Source: an uncultured Clostridium sp.
Lineage (GTDB): Bacteria; Bacillota; Clostridia; TANB77; CAG-508
DNA length: 64,000 nucleotides
Assembly (NCBI GenBank): GCA_930990645.1
Contig: CAKNQJ010000001.1
Coordinates: 22,260 to 86,259, forward strand
Reading direction: 5' to 3'
Position numbers and translations under genes: made by a program. Every line of letters starts with the position of its first letter. The stretch's first letter is position 1. Below are positions 16,203-25,782 of this stretch, piece after piece. The notes beneath the pieces are model-generated. The model was given only the letters and a program-made list of their open reading frames with translations, was not told the origin of the DNA and did not search any database.

Positions 16203-18692
16203 ATGTTTCAAAATATAAGTAGGGATGGGCTAAATAATCAATACGATTATGAAGAAGAAAATAAAAAAGTTAGTACAAAAGATGTGTTAAAAAGATTATT
16301 TGCAAAGCAAAATATATTCTTATATATTGTGACCTTCATGGTATCTATGGTAGGGCTTGATGATAGTAGCCTTATGTTTACAATAGCGCCATTTGGACTA
16401 GCTATAATTGCAGCAGCGCTGAGCAACAATAGGCCGATAGGTATAATGTATGTTTTAACACTTATAGGTGCATTTATTAGATTTGGATTTAATGACCTTC
16501 TTGTATATTTTATAACTTCACTTGTGTTTTTTGTAGCAGTACTTGTTATTAGGCCAAGATTGCAAGAAGGAGGAAACGAGCAAAAGAAGATTGGTGCACA
16601 TTTATTCTTTGCAGTATTAATTGTTCAAATAGTACCTAAGATTTTTGGAACACTACTAGTATTTGATGTGTTGACAAGTATAATGCTTGGAATGACATCA
16701 TACATATTCTATAAAATCTTCGTAAATGCAATAACATTGATAATAGATTTTGGAACTAGAAGAGCATTTACTATAGAGGAAGTAATTGGTACAAGCCTTT
16801 TGCTATCAATTGCAGTTACAGTATTTGGAGATCTAAATATATTTGGATATAATATAAAAAATATACTTAGCATATTAATTGTTCTAGTGTTAGGATGGAA
16901 AAACGGTATGCTAGTTGGTGCAACTGGAGGAATAACAATAGGAGTTGTGCTTGGAGTAATTACAGGTTCAGAGCCTGTGATGATTGCAGCATACGCTATA
17001 TCTGGATTGATTGCAGGACTTTTAAATAGATTTGGAAGAATAGGTGTAATAGTAGGATTTGCCATTGGAAATGTAGTATTTGCATATGCTACAAATGGAA
17101 ATTCAGCACAATTAATAATGTTTCAAGAAATATTAATAGCATCATTAGGACTACTTGCAATGCCTAAAAACATTGAGATTAACATAGAAGATTTGGTAGG
17201 AAGTACAAAACTTTTACCAGAAACAACAGAAAGAGATTTGGAAGACAACAAAGATACAATATACAAGCTAAACAGTATATCAGAAACAATATTTGACATG
17301 GCAGAAAGCTATAGAGAAGCAGCTGCAACAATACTTACAGAAAAGGAATTAAAAGAGCAAGAAAAGAATAATATAGATATTTTTGTGGAAGAACTTAAAA
17401 AGAACATAGAAAATTTAGAAGATAATATGCTTTATGATGAAATGTATTATCCTACGGAACAAATAGTTACAGACCTTTTTAACTATTTATTAGAGAATGA
17501 TATTATAACAGAAAGAGAATTTATAAAAATACTAGAAAAGAATAACAATTACATAGTTGGATTTGATAACACAAAAACACAGGCAAAAGAAGATGTATAT
17601 CAAATTGTAAAAGCTATTAACTATTCATATAGAGTAAGCAAAATCAACTTTATATGGAAAAAGAAACTAGATGAGAGCAAAAAGAATGTGTCAGAACAAT
17701 TAAAAGGAGTTTCACAAGTAATATCAAAGGTTGCAGAAGATATAAATAAAGAAGAGGAGCAATTCCTTGATAAAAAGAAAGAAATCATGAAATTGCTTGA
17801 GCAAAAAGAAATAGAAATAAAAAATATTGAAATAGAGCAAAAAGATTCTGGAAGATATATAGTAGAAGTATATACTGACAAATGCGGTAATCCAGATGGT
17901 ACAGAGTGTGATATAAAGAAAATATGCAAGATACTTAGTAAAGCATTAGAACAAAAAATGGTAATGCAAAAACAAGAATGCGGAATAAGATTAAATAAAG
18001 ATATCTGCAAATTTACATATATATCTGATGATAATTACAATATACAAATAGGAACAGCAAAATCAACAAAATCTGGCTCATCAGTATCAGGAGATAGCAT
18101 ATTACAAATAAAATTAGAAGATGGAAAATACTTGTTAGCATTAAGTGATGGAATGGGCTCAGGACCAGAAGCAATGAAAAGCAGTAAGATAGCAGTAAAA
18201 ATGTTAGAAAGACTATTAACAGCAGGATTTGATAAAGATGTATCTTTAAAACTAATAAACTCTACACTATCAGCAAATACAGAAGATGACATGTTTGCTA
18301 CACTAGATATAGAAATACTAGACTTATACAATGGCAACATGGAATTTATAAAAAATAGTGCTTGTCCTACATATGTAAAAAGAGGAAGAGACATACAATT
18401 ACTAAAATCAATGTCGCTACCAACAGGAATTTTAAATGACGTAGACTTAGTTGTATATGACTATGACTTGCAAGACGGAGACATATTAGTAATGTGTACA
18501 GACGGAGTAATAGACTCAAATAAAGAATTTGTAAATAAACAATTATGGCTAAGATATTTGTTAGAAGACATAGAATCAAACGACGCACAAAAAATAGCAG
18601 ATATCATTATAGGAGAAGCAATAGACAACGACTTTGGCAACCAAAAAGATGACATGAGTGTAATAGTTGCTAAGATAACGAAAAAAAATTGA
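16203..18692 (+). CDS. spoIIE: Stage II sporulation protein E (membrane PP2C phosphatase)
   Basis: The N-terminal half is polytopic membrane. The C-terminal PP2C/SpoIIE domain contains SGDSILQIKLEDGKYLLALSDGMGSG, ATLDIEILD, VMCTDGV and DDMSVIVAKI. I prefer ATG 16203 (RBS AAAGGTGAG) over the track start 16119. Confidence 0.9.
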   Translation: MFQNISRDGLNNQYDYEEENKKVSTKDVLKRLFAKQNIFLYIVTFMVSMVGLDDSSLMFTIAPFGLAIIAAALSNNRPIGIMYVLTLIGAFIRFGFNDLLVYFITSLVFFVAVLVIRPRLQEGGNEQKKIGAHLFFAVLIVQIVPKIFGTLLVFDVLTSIMLGMTSYIFYKIFVNAITLIIDFGTRRAFTIEEVIGTSLLLSIAVTVFGDLNIFGYNIKNILSILIVLVLGWKNGMLVGATGGITIGVVLGVITGSEPVMIAAYAISGLIAGLLNRFGRIGVIVGFAIGNVVFAYATNGNSAQLIMFQEILIASLGLLAMPKNIEINIEDLVGSTKLLPETTERDLEDNKDTIYKLNSISETIFDMAESYREAAATILTEKELKEQEKNNIDIFVEELKKNIENLEDNMLYDEMYYPTEQIVTDLFNYLLENDIITEREFIKILEKNNNYIVGFDNTKTQAKEDVYQIVKAINYSYRVSKINFIWKKKLDESKKNVSEQLKGVSQVISKVAEDINKEEEQFLDKKKEIMKLLEQKEIEIKNIEIEQKDSGRYIVEVYTDKCGNPDGTECDIKKICKILSKALEQKMVMQKQECGIRLNKDICKFTYISDDNYNIQIGTAKSTKSGSSVSGDSILQIKLEDGKYLLALSDGMGSGPEAMKSSKIAVKMLERLLTAGFDKDVSLKLINSTLSANTEDDMFATLDIEILDLYNGNMEFIKNSACPTYVKRGRDIQLLKSMSLPTGILNDVDLVVYDYDLQDGDILVMCTDGVIDSNKEFVNKQLWLRYLLEDIESNDAQKIADIIIGEAIDNDFGNQKDDMSVIVAKITKKN

Positions 18693-18790
18693 CAAAAGGG
18701 ACACTCCTTTTTGTCAAATTTTTTTTACGCTTGGGGACACTTCTTTTTGTCAATCTTTTTTTACACTTGGGGACACTTCTAGAAGGTGGG
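18689..18790 (+). repeat. Family B repeat cluster (GGGACACT[CT]C units), first unit = terminator hairpin 18689-18726
   Basis: TTGACAAAAGG-GACACT-CCTTTTTGTCAA plus a T8 run is followed by two degenerate ~37-nt units (TTGGGGACACTTC...). The first ~42 nt are identical to 33201-33242. The spoIIE stop TGA (18690-18692) lies inside the stem. Confidence 0.75.
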
Positions 18791-18863
18791 AGAGCATTTT
18801 AGGTGTGTTTTTTTATCTAATAGGAAATTACAACAAAATGTTATAAAAAAATCATCAATACTA

Positions 18864-18892
18864 TTGCGAAAATGTGTTTGCTATGATATAAT
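18864..18892 (+). promoter_or_regulatory. Sigma-A-type promoter candidate with extended -10
   Basis: TTGCGA (18864-18869), 17-nt spacer ending in TGA, TATAAT (18887-18892). It lies upstream of the TnpB-like fragment. Confidence 0.45.
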
Positions 18893-18918
18893 ATAGAGCA
18901 TAGATTGGTGGTGAGAAA

Positions 18919-19056
18919 ATGAGATTAACATTTCCATATATATTTAAACCAAATTGCATAAAAAAAGAAATAATAGAGGATATAATATGGCACTGTGAAA
19001 AAGTATATAACACAATAAATTATGACATATATCAAGGAAAAGAAAAAATATATTAA
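18919..19056 (+). pseudogene. N-terminal fragment (45 aa) of an IS200/IS605-family TnpB-like (OrfB) protein
   Basis: MRLTFPYIFKPNCIKKEIIEDIIWHCEKVYNTINYDIY fits the usual TnpB N-terminus pattern (F/Y-x-Y/F-x-I/F-x-PN, then 17 residues, then YN, as in ...YRIYPN...CRFVYN). It is truncated by TAA after 45 codons. Confidence 0.4.
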
Positions 19057-19335
19057 GAAAATATATAAAAAGCTTTAGTCCAAACCTAGAAATAGCGATG
19101 GATATTGGTCGAGAACAACGACCATTAAAGAAAAGGGTTGCCTAGAAATAGGTGGAAACTTAAAAACAACATCTTTATAAAAATGAGTACTAATTTTGAA
19201 TCAGTGCTCAGGGTGAAAATTTTTAATTTTCACTTTTGTTCTGAAAATTGCATGTTTTTGTTGTAATTAGTCCAAAAAAATGATATAGTATATATGCAAG
19301 ATACTAACTTTTGAAGGAAGGAATGATGTTATAGC

Positions 19336-20868
19336 ATGAGTAGAGGCAGAAGGTATGATGGTGAACAAAAGCTAAACTTAAAAAAAGTATTTGCAGTAAT
19401 TATAGCAATCGCAGTAATAATTATGTTTTTCATAGGAATTAGTAGATTGTTTAGTTCGGATGGAAATACAACAGAAAAAACAGTGGCATTAAGGTATTTT
19501 CCTGTTTATACACAAGGAAAATGGGGAGTTATAGATTCAAGAGGAAATACAATAATTAATCCAGAATATGATGAATACATAGTTATTCCAGATAATACTA
19601 AAGGCTTATTTGTATGTACGACTGATGTGAATTATGATGATGGTACATATAGCACAAAAGTACTTAATGAAAGAAACGAAGAATTATTTACCGATTATGA
19701 TACAGTAGAAGCTATAGAAAATTACGATAGTAGTAATAACTTATGGTATGAATCAGGTATACTTAAGGTGTCTAAGGACGGAAAATACGGAATAATAGAT
19801 ACAAACGGAGGACAAATAGTAAATTGTGAATATGATTCAATAACTACATTGAAAGGTGTTACGAACAGCTTGTTGACACAAAAAGACGGAAAGTATGGAT
19901 TGGTTGACAATGTTGGAACTGTAATAATAAATAACGAATATGCAGCCATAGAGCCAGTTTCAACTCAGTTCGAAAATGGATATATAGTTAGAAATGATGA
20001 TGGAAAATATGGTGTTATAAACTATACAAGAACAGTTGCAGTTGAGATAAATTATGATGATATAAAAAATGTATATGGAAATGGAAAATATTACGTTGTA
20101 AAAGAAGGCGACAATTGGGAAGTTATTGACACAGACGGAAATAAATATTTATCAGGACAATACGATGATATCGTGTCTATAAACGGAGAAAATGCAGTAG
20201 TAGTAAATGATAATAAATATGGTGTTGTGGGAATAACTGATGGTAAAAATATTATAGATATAAACTATAATAGCATAACTTATGCTGCAGGCAACAATTA
20301 TATAGTAAATAACAATGGAAAATACGGCATAATGAATTCTGATGGAAATACACCTGTTGATTTTAATTATTCTAATATAGTTTATAGAAGCTCAGGAAAC
20401 TTTTACGAGGCAACAAATGATGATTATACTTCAGATTTAATAGATTCGGATTTAGCTGTTAAGTTAACAAAAGTAATTGTTTCTGAAGTAAATGAAGAAA
20501 AAGGATATATTAAAGTTAGAGCAGATGACACTAATAAATACTATAATTTTAGATTTGAGGAAAGAACAGCTCAAGATGTATTTTCAAACAACACAATTTT
20601 CCTAAGCAGAAATGAAGAAGGAAAATATGGATTTGTAGACAGAAATGGAAATGTTGTTGTAAATTATATATATGATGATGCAAAAGAGCAAAATGATTAT
20701 GGATATGCTAGTGTAAAACAAAATGGATTATGGGGAGCAGTAGATTCAAATGGTCAAGTTGCAATATCACCAACATACAATTTGGATAACAATATTTTAA
20801 TTGAGTTTATAGGAAAGTGGCATCTAGGAGAAGACTTGAATTTATATTACTTTACAGATAGTGAATAA
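19336..20868 (+). CDS. WG-repeat (KWG-type beta-repeat) protein with N-terminal membrane anchor
   Basis: More than 10 repeats of G(K/L)(W/Y)G(V/I/L)(I/V)D..G..(I/V)(I/V)...YD. N-terminal TM VFAVIIAIAVIIMFFIGI. Confidence 0.85.
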   Translation: MSRGRRYDGEQKLNLKKVFAVIIAIAVIIMFFIGISRLFSSDGNTTEKTVALRYFPVYTQGKWGVIDSRGNTIINPEYDEYIVIPDNTKGLFVCTTDVNYDDGTYSTKVLNERNEELFTDYDTVEAIENYDSSNNLWYESGILKVSKDGKYGIIDTNGGQIVNCEYDSITTLKGVTNSLLTQKDGKYGLVDNVGTVIINNEYAAIEPVSTQFENGYIVRNDDGKYGVINYTRTVAVEINYDDIKNVYGNGKYYVVKEGDNWEVIDTDGNKYLSGQYDDIVSINGENAVVVNDNKYGVVGITDGKNIIDINYNSITYAAGNNYIVNNNGKYGIMNSDGNTPVDFNYSNIVYRSSGNFYEATNDDYTSDLIDSDLAVKLTKVIVSEVNEEKGYIKVRADDTNKYYNFRFEERTAQDVFSNNTIFLSRNEEGKYGFVDRNGNVVVNYIYDDAKEQNDYGYASVKQNGLWGAVDSNGQVAISPTYNLDNNILIEFIGKWHLGEDLNLYYFTDSE

Positions 20869-20883
20869 TATGGAATTATACAT

Positions 20884-20940
20884 GAAATCCGTTCCAACTT
20901 GCTGGCAGACATATTTTGTCTGTCACATGGAACTACTTAG
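20884..20940 (+). repeat. Family C structured element, short form (C1)
   Basis: GAAATCCGTTCCAACTTGCTGGCAGACATATTTTGTCTGTCACATGGAACTACTTAG. GTTCCA pairs with TGGAAC and CAGAC with GTCTG. It ends 13 nt before the AGGAGG of the 20968 gene. Confidence 0.65.
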
Positions 20941-20967
20941 TGAATAATTTTCTTAGGAGGAATTAAA

Positions 20968-22215
20968 TTGGAACTTATGACAAAGTATCAATATACATAT
21001 TTTATTTATCCATATGTAATTGATGAAAAAGAATACAAAAAATATTTGCAAGGATTACTTAGGAATAAAAAGTGCAAGATAAGATTTTTTGATAAACAAA
21101 AGGATATACATTTGTATACATATTTTTTACCTAGTATAAGAGAGTACGTGTTTTGGTCATTTGGCTTGAATAAAGCAGGAATACGTGACTTTGAAAAAAT
21201 GGATTCTACACTTAAAGCTACAATGCTTTCAGAACATGATTGCAATATTTTTAATTATGAATTGCCAGAAAATTTACAGGGAAAAGTTGATGTAGAGAAT
21301 GGAATATTTTTTGAGATATCTGAAATAAAAATAATATGTTTTAAATCAGGTATATCTTTTTTAATATTTAAGACAAACATAGAAGGAAATGGTAGCTTTT
21401 CAGATTTATTAAATTTTAATTATAAATTTAGAGAAATAAATTCTGTATCATATAATTTAAAAGATTACGAAAACATAAAGATACAGTCAAATAATTTTAA
21501 AGACGTGAAAGATATATCGATGTTGATAAAAGAATTAACAGGTAGATGTAATATTTCTAGGAAGGCCAATATAGGAAATGATAAATTTTTTGTGTATTCA
21601 TATGCATGTCTAGACCAAAAGGACTGGAATGAAAATACAGAAAGCGATGCATTAAACAATTTGTTTGAAAAGTATAGAAGTGTGCAACCAGCAAATTCAC
21701 AGATGATAGATGATGAGTATGCAACTAAAAATAGTAATATAGAAGAAATAAAGAGTATATATAAAAATCAATATATACGATATGGATTTACGATGTCTAG
21801 TACAGTATTATTTACATCAAATATAAACACTACTAATTTCACAGTAGTACCTCAAAAATTTGAAAGTGAATACTTGTATATGTATATCTTGATTTTATAC
21901 AAAAAGATGACTTTAAATAAATTAAATTATCAATTTAAAAATGGATTTAAAGAAGCAGAAAAGGGATTCCTTGACTTTACAAAAAGATTATGGATACAAG
22001 ACATCACAAATGAGGAATTTGGAAAAAGACTAGAAAAAGTATGGAATGAGAAACTAGATATAGAAAATACTTTTGCAAAGTTAAAAAGCGAATATGATGT
22101 GACATATAAGAAGTACAATGTAGAGGAATTAAATAAGAATAATATAGTCACTTTAGTAATTGTGGCAGTGATACTTGTTATTAATGTGCTTGCAATTTGG
22201 ATAGCTCAAAAATAA
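20968..22215 (+). CDS. Hypothetical protein (415 aa) with single extreme C-terminal TM helix
   Basis: TTG start 8 nt after AGGAGG (alternative ATG at 20977). C-terminal IVTLVIVAVILVINVLAIWIA. No family recognised by eye. Confidence 0.65.
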   Translation: MELMTKYQYTYFIYPYVIDEKEYKKYLQGLLRNKKCKIRFFDKQKDIHLYTYFLPSIREYVFWSFGLNKAGIRDFEKMDSTLKATMLSEHDCNIFNYELPENLQGKVDVENGIFFEISEIKIICFKSGISFLIFKTNIEGNGSFSDLLNFNYKFREINSVSYNLKDYENIKIQSNNFKDVKDISMLIKELTGRCNISRKANIGNDKFFVYSYACLDQKDWNENTESDALNNLFEKYRSVQPANSQMIDDEYATKNSNIEEIKSIYKNQYIRYGFTMSSTVLFTSNINTTNFTVVPQKFESEYLYMYILILYKKMTLNKLNYQFKNGFKEAEKGFLDFTKRLWIQDITNEEFGKRLEKVWNEKLDIENTFAKLKSEYDVTYKKYNVEELNKNNIVTLVIVAVILVINVLAIWIAQK

Positions 22216-22327
22216 TTGGGTTTTGGCGTTGTTGAACTTCACATGCGAAAATCCTCAGCGTACTACATACGTACGCCCCCGGTTTTCTTGTTTGTTCGCC
22301 TAGCCAAAACACCAATTATTTTTGAAC
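22204..22327 (+). repeat. Family A palindromic element, copy 2
   Basis: GCTCAAAAATAATTGG...CCAATTATTTTTGAAC termini with the shared core. It contains the last three codons and TAA stop (22213-22215) of the upstream gene. Confidence 0.8.
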
Positions 22328-22357
22328 ATATGAATAAAAGAATTGGAGGAAGAGGTT

Positions 22358-22759
22358 TTGAAAGTCACAACAGGCATTGATGTAATTGAAGTAGAGAGGA
22401 TAAAAAAAGCTATTGAGGATTTAGGAGATAGCTTTTTAAATCGAATATATACAGAAAAGGAAATACAATATTGTGAAGCTTCAAAGACAATGAAATACCA
22501 GCATTATGCAGCTAGGTTTGCAGCAAAAGAAGCGGTGTTTAAAGCAATGTCTGAGTTTATTATTGGAAGAGAAGATGCTTTGTGGAAAAATATTGAAGTT
22601 TTAAACAAAGAGTGTGGAAAACCTTACATTAATGTGGATAAGTTAAGAGAAAATATTAGTAAAGCTGTGGATGATTTTACTTTGGAGAGCATAGATGTGA
22701 GTCTTTCACATATAGCGGAGTTTGCTGTGGCAAGCGCAGTTATACTGGTTGAAAAATAA
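22358..22759 (+). CDS. acpS: Holo-[acyl-carrier-protein] synthase
   Basis: GIDVIEVERI start, ARFAAKEAVFKA and the LSHIAEFAVASAVIL motifs. I prefer TTG 22358 after GGAGGAAGAGG. The track start 22343 is in frame 15 nt upstream. Confidence 0.85.
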   Translation: MKVTTGIDVIEVERIKKAIEDLGDSFLNRIYTEKEIQYCEASKTMKYQHYAARFAAKEAVFKAMSEFIIGREDALWKNIEVLNKECGKPYINVDKLRENISKAVDDFTLESIDVSLSHIAEFAVASAVILVEK

Positions 22760-22871
22760 TTGGATTTTGGCGTTGTTAAACTTCGCATGCGAAAATCCTC
22801 AACGTGCAAAAAGCACGCCTCCGGTTTTCTTGCTCGTTTGCCTAGCCAAAATGCCAATTCTTTTACAACAG
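22745..22871 (+). repeat. Family A palindromic element, copy 3
   Basis: CTGGTTGAAAAATAATTGG...CCAATTCTTTTACAACAG termini with the shared core. It contains the last codons and TAA stop (22757-22759) of acpS. Confidence 0.8.
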
Positions 22872-22953
22872 GGAGAATGAATAAATAAATAGCAAAATTT
22901 AATTCTTTCACAACAGTAAATGTGTAATAAAGAAAAAAGGGGTGAAAATAAAG

Positions 22954-23751
22954 ATGGAGCTTTTTGATTCGCATGCTCATTATAATGATGAGAAATTTGA
23001 TGAGGATAGAGAAGAGTTAATTCAAAAAATTTACAAATCTGGGGTAAATAGATTAATCAATGCTGGATATAGTTTAGAGTCTTCAAAATACGCTTTAGAA
23101 ATTGCAAAAAAGTATGATTGGATGTATACGATTTCTGGAATTTCTCCAAATGACATTCCAGAAGAAAAAAGCAATCTTGAAAAGCAATTAGATGAACTAG
23201 AAGAGTTTATAAATAAAGAATTGAATACTCATAAAATAGTAGCAATTGGAGAAATAGGACTAGATTATTATTGGGAAAAGGACGAAGACAAAAGAAGCCT
23301 TCAAAAAGAAGCATTTATAAAGCAAATAGAGTTAGCAAATAAATTTAATTTGCCAATCGTAATTCACACAAGAGAAGCAGTGATGGATACTCTGCAAATA
23401 GTAAAAGAGCATAATGTAAAAAAGAAAGGAGTATTTCATTGCTGCCCATTAAATAGAGAATTAGTAAAAGAGGCAATAAAGTTGGGATTTTATATATCTT
23501 TTGCAGGACCTGTTACATTTAAAAATTCCAAAAATGCAAATGAAATAATAGAAATGGTGCCATTAGATAAGATTTTAATTGAGACAGATAGCCCATACTT
23601 ATCACCTGAACCACATAGAGGAAAACGAAATGATTCTAGAAATGTGAGGTATGTTGCAGAGAAAATTGCAGAAGTTAAGCAATTGAGCATAGAGGAAGTA
23701 GCAAAGTGCACTTATGAAAATGCTAATAGAATTTTTGGCATAAACTATTAA
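22954..23751 (+). CDS. TatD-family metal-dependent hydrolase/DNase
   Basis: MELFDSHAHYND start (HxH motif), GEIGLDYYW, VIHTREA and ETDSPYLSP motifs. The track start 22942 (GTG) is also possible. Confidence 0.85.
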   Translation: MELFDSHAHYNDEKFDEDREELIQKIYKSGVNRLINAGYSLESSKYALEIAKKYDWMYTISGISPNDIPEEKSNLEKQLDELEEFINKELNTHKIVAIGEIGLDYYWEKDEDKRSLQKEAFIKQIELANKFNLPIVIHTREAVMDTLQIVKEHNVKKKGVFHCCPLNRELVKEAIKLGFYISFAGPVTFKNSKNANEIIEMVPLDKILIETDSPYLSPEPHRGKRNDSRNVRYVAEKIAEVKQLSIEEVAKCTYENANRIFGINY

Positions 23752-23771
23752 AGAAAACGGAAAATAAAATT

Positions 23772-23803
23772 AAAAGCAGTATAAAAAATGCTATACTGCT
23801 TTT
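23772..23803. terminator. Bidirectional terminator hairpin between the TatD-family gene and htpX
   Basis: 12-bp perfect stem AAAAGCAGTATA / TATACTGCTTTT with A/T runs on both sides. Confidence 0.6.
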
Positions 23804-23819
23804 TGTATTAACTTAAAAC

Positions 23820-24713
23820 TTACTTCAAATTCCTTATTGCCTCAATCCTATCATCTATAGAAGGGTGAGTTGAAAATAAACTTGTTTTTCTTTTCTTTCC
23901 ATCTTTTGCTTTAAATGGACTTACTATATACATATATGCAGTAGCATTATTTGCAGTTCTTAATTCATTTGGGTCGCTATCTAATTTTTGGAGTGCTGAT
24001 ATCAAACCATCTGGATTTCTTGTAAGTTCTACTGCACTAGCATCAGCTAAATATTCTCTACGTCTAGATAAAGCAAGTTGCATTAATTGCCCAAAGATTG
24101 GTGCTAATATTAAGCAAATTAATCCAATTAGCATTAATATTGGATTTCCACCTTTCTCGTTATTATCTCTTCCACCACCCCAGAAAAGTGCACGGCTCAC
24201 TGTATCAGCTAGTATTACTATAAAACCAACCATTACACTAACCACTGCGGAAAGTCTAATATCATAGTTCTTTATATGTGATAATTCGTGTGCAACTACA
24301 CCCTCTAATTCATAATAATCCATTTTATCTAATAGTCCAGTCGTAACGCATATAACTGAGTTTTCTGGATTCCTACCTGTTGCAAAAGCATTAGGTTGAG
24401 GGTCATCCACAACATACAACCTTGGTCTGTGTTCTAGTCCAGATGCGACCATCAGCCCATCTAAAATATTATTTAATTTTTCATATTGCTCTTGATCTGC
24501 TGGATGTGCTCTATTGACGGAAAGAACGATTTTATCACTATAGTAATATGATGCCCAGGATGTTGCAATGGCAAATACCATGGCTATAACAATTGAAAGC
24601 TCACCTAAATCAAATGCCATACATACATAGTAAACGATAAGTGTAATTACTAGTAAAAAAATTGCTATAATAACACCTGTTTTTATTTTATTATTTCTTA
24701 TATCTTCATACAT
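23820..24713 (-). CDS. htpX: M48-family zinc metalloprotease HtpX-like
   Basis: HEXXH motif (AHELSHIKNYD), N-terminal TM helices, and the FSTHPSIDDRI C-terminal motif. Confidence 0.85.
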   Translation of the reverse strand: MYEDIRNNKIKTGVIIAIFLLVITLIVYYVCMAFDLGELSIVIAMVFAIATSWASYYYSDKIVLSVNRAHPADQEQYEKLNNILDGLMVASGLEHRPRLYVVDDPQPNAFATGRNPENSVICVTTGLLDKMDYYELEGVVAHELSHIKNYDIRLSAVVSVMVGFIVILADTVSRALFWGGGRDNNEKGGNPILMLIGLICLILAPIFGQLMQLALSRRREYLADASAVELTRNPDGLISALQKLDSDPNELRTANNATAYMYIVSPFKAKDGKKRKTSLFSTHPSIDDRIEAIRNLK

Positions 24714-24797
24714 AATTTATCATTCCTTTTTGGTATTGTGTAGATAACAATTTTTTGGCGATGAAAAATTCCATCGCCATGTAGTTATCAATAAATC

Positions 24798-25352
24798 CTA
24801 TTTACTAAAACTAACTTTTACATTCTTTTTTGCTTCTTCATTATCTACTTCAAATAATGCTTCGGCTGTGAAGTGGAACATTGATGCAACAAGATTTGAA
24901 GGGAAAACCTCCAATTTTGTGTTGTATCTAGTTACAGTATCATTGTAGAATTGTCTTGAATATGAAATCTTATTCTCAGTGTTTGTAAGCTCTGTTTGTA
25001 ATTCTGAAAAGTTTTGATTTGCTTTTAAATCTGGATAATTTTCAGCAACAGCCATAATTGTTTTTAAAGTGTCTGATAATTCATTATCAAGTTTAGCTTT
25101 TTCATCAACAGTTTTAGCATCATTCCAAGAAGAACGTAAATCTGTAACTTTAGTAAGTACTTCAGACTCATGTGTCATATATCCTTTTACAGTTTCAACA
25201 AGGTTTGGTATTAAATCAAATCTTCTTTGTAATTGGACATCAATCTGACTCCAAGCGTTCTTTACTCTAAGTCTCATTGTAACTAAACTGTTATAAATTG
25301 CTATGAAAGCTATAATTATAACTGCTAGTATTATAAGTATAATCCACCACAT
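24798..25352 (-). CDS. lemA: LemA family protein
   Basis: N-terminal TM followed by [39 protein letters not shown], a typical LemA sequence. The pairing upstream of htpX is a common arrangement. Confidence 0.85.
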   Translation of the reverse strand: MWWIILIILAVIIIAFIAIYNSLVTMRLRVKNAWSQIDVQLQRRFDLIPNLVETVKGYMTHESEVLTKVTDLRSSWNDAKTVDEKAKLDNELSDTLKTIMAVAENYPDLKANQNFSELQTELTNTENKISYSRQFYNDTVTRYNTKLEVFPSNLVASMFHFTAEALFEVDNEEAKKNVKVSFSK

Positions 25353-25511
25353 AACTTGTTTCCTCCTTTTTTCAATATAATATTATAATAACATAATTAT
25401 TAATATTATACAACGATTTTGTGAAAAGTATGTGAAAATTAAATTTGAAAAAATTAGTAATATTTTTGGTACAAGCAACATATAATATAATATGGCCATT
25501 AATTTGAATAT

Positions 25512-25597
25512 AAAGTCCGTTCCATCTTGCTGGTAAACATATTTTGTATTCTCCATGTATTCGAATAAAAAATATGTTTACCACGTGGAACTACTTT
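25512..25597 (+). repeat. Family C structured element, long form (C2)
   Basis: AAAGTCCGTTCCATCTTGCTGG-TAAACATATTTT-[GTATTCTCCATGTATTCGAATAA]-AAAATATGTTTA-CCACGTGGAACTACTTT forms a long imperfect hairpin with a 14-bp perfect inner stem. Confidence 0.7.
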
Positions 25598-25717
25598 ATG
25601 GAAAAAAATTAAATCATAAAGTAAATTACTGCAATTAAGTAGCTTTAATGAATAGGTAACATAAATACAAATTATCAAATTCAACAGGGGCAATTAAAAG
25701 CGGATTTCGTCCAAAAT

Positions 25718-25746
25718 TTGACAGGAAAGAATATATATGGTATAAT
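25718..25746 (+). promoter_or_regulatory. Consensus sigma-A promoter for the 25783 gene
   Basis: TTGACA (25718-25723), 17-nt spacer, TATAAT (25741-25746). RBS AAAGGAGGG lies downstream. Confidence 0.6.
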
Positions 25747-25782
25747 AACTTTGTTGCTTTTAAAGGAGGGAACAAATTAATT

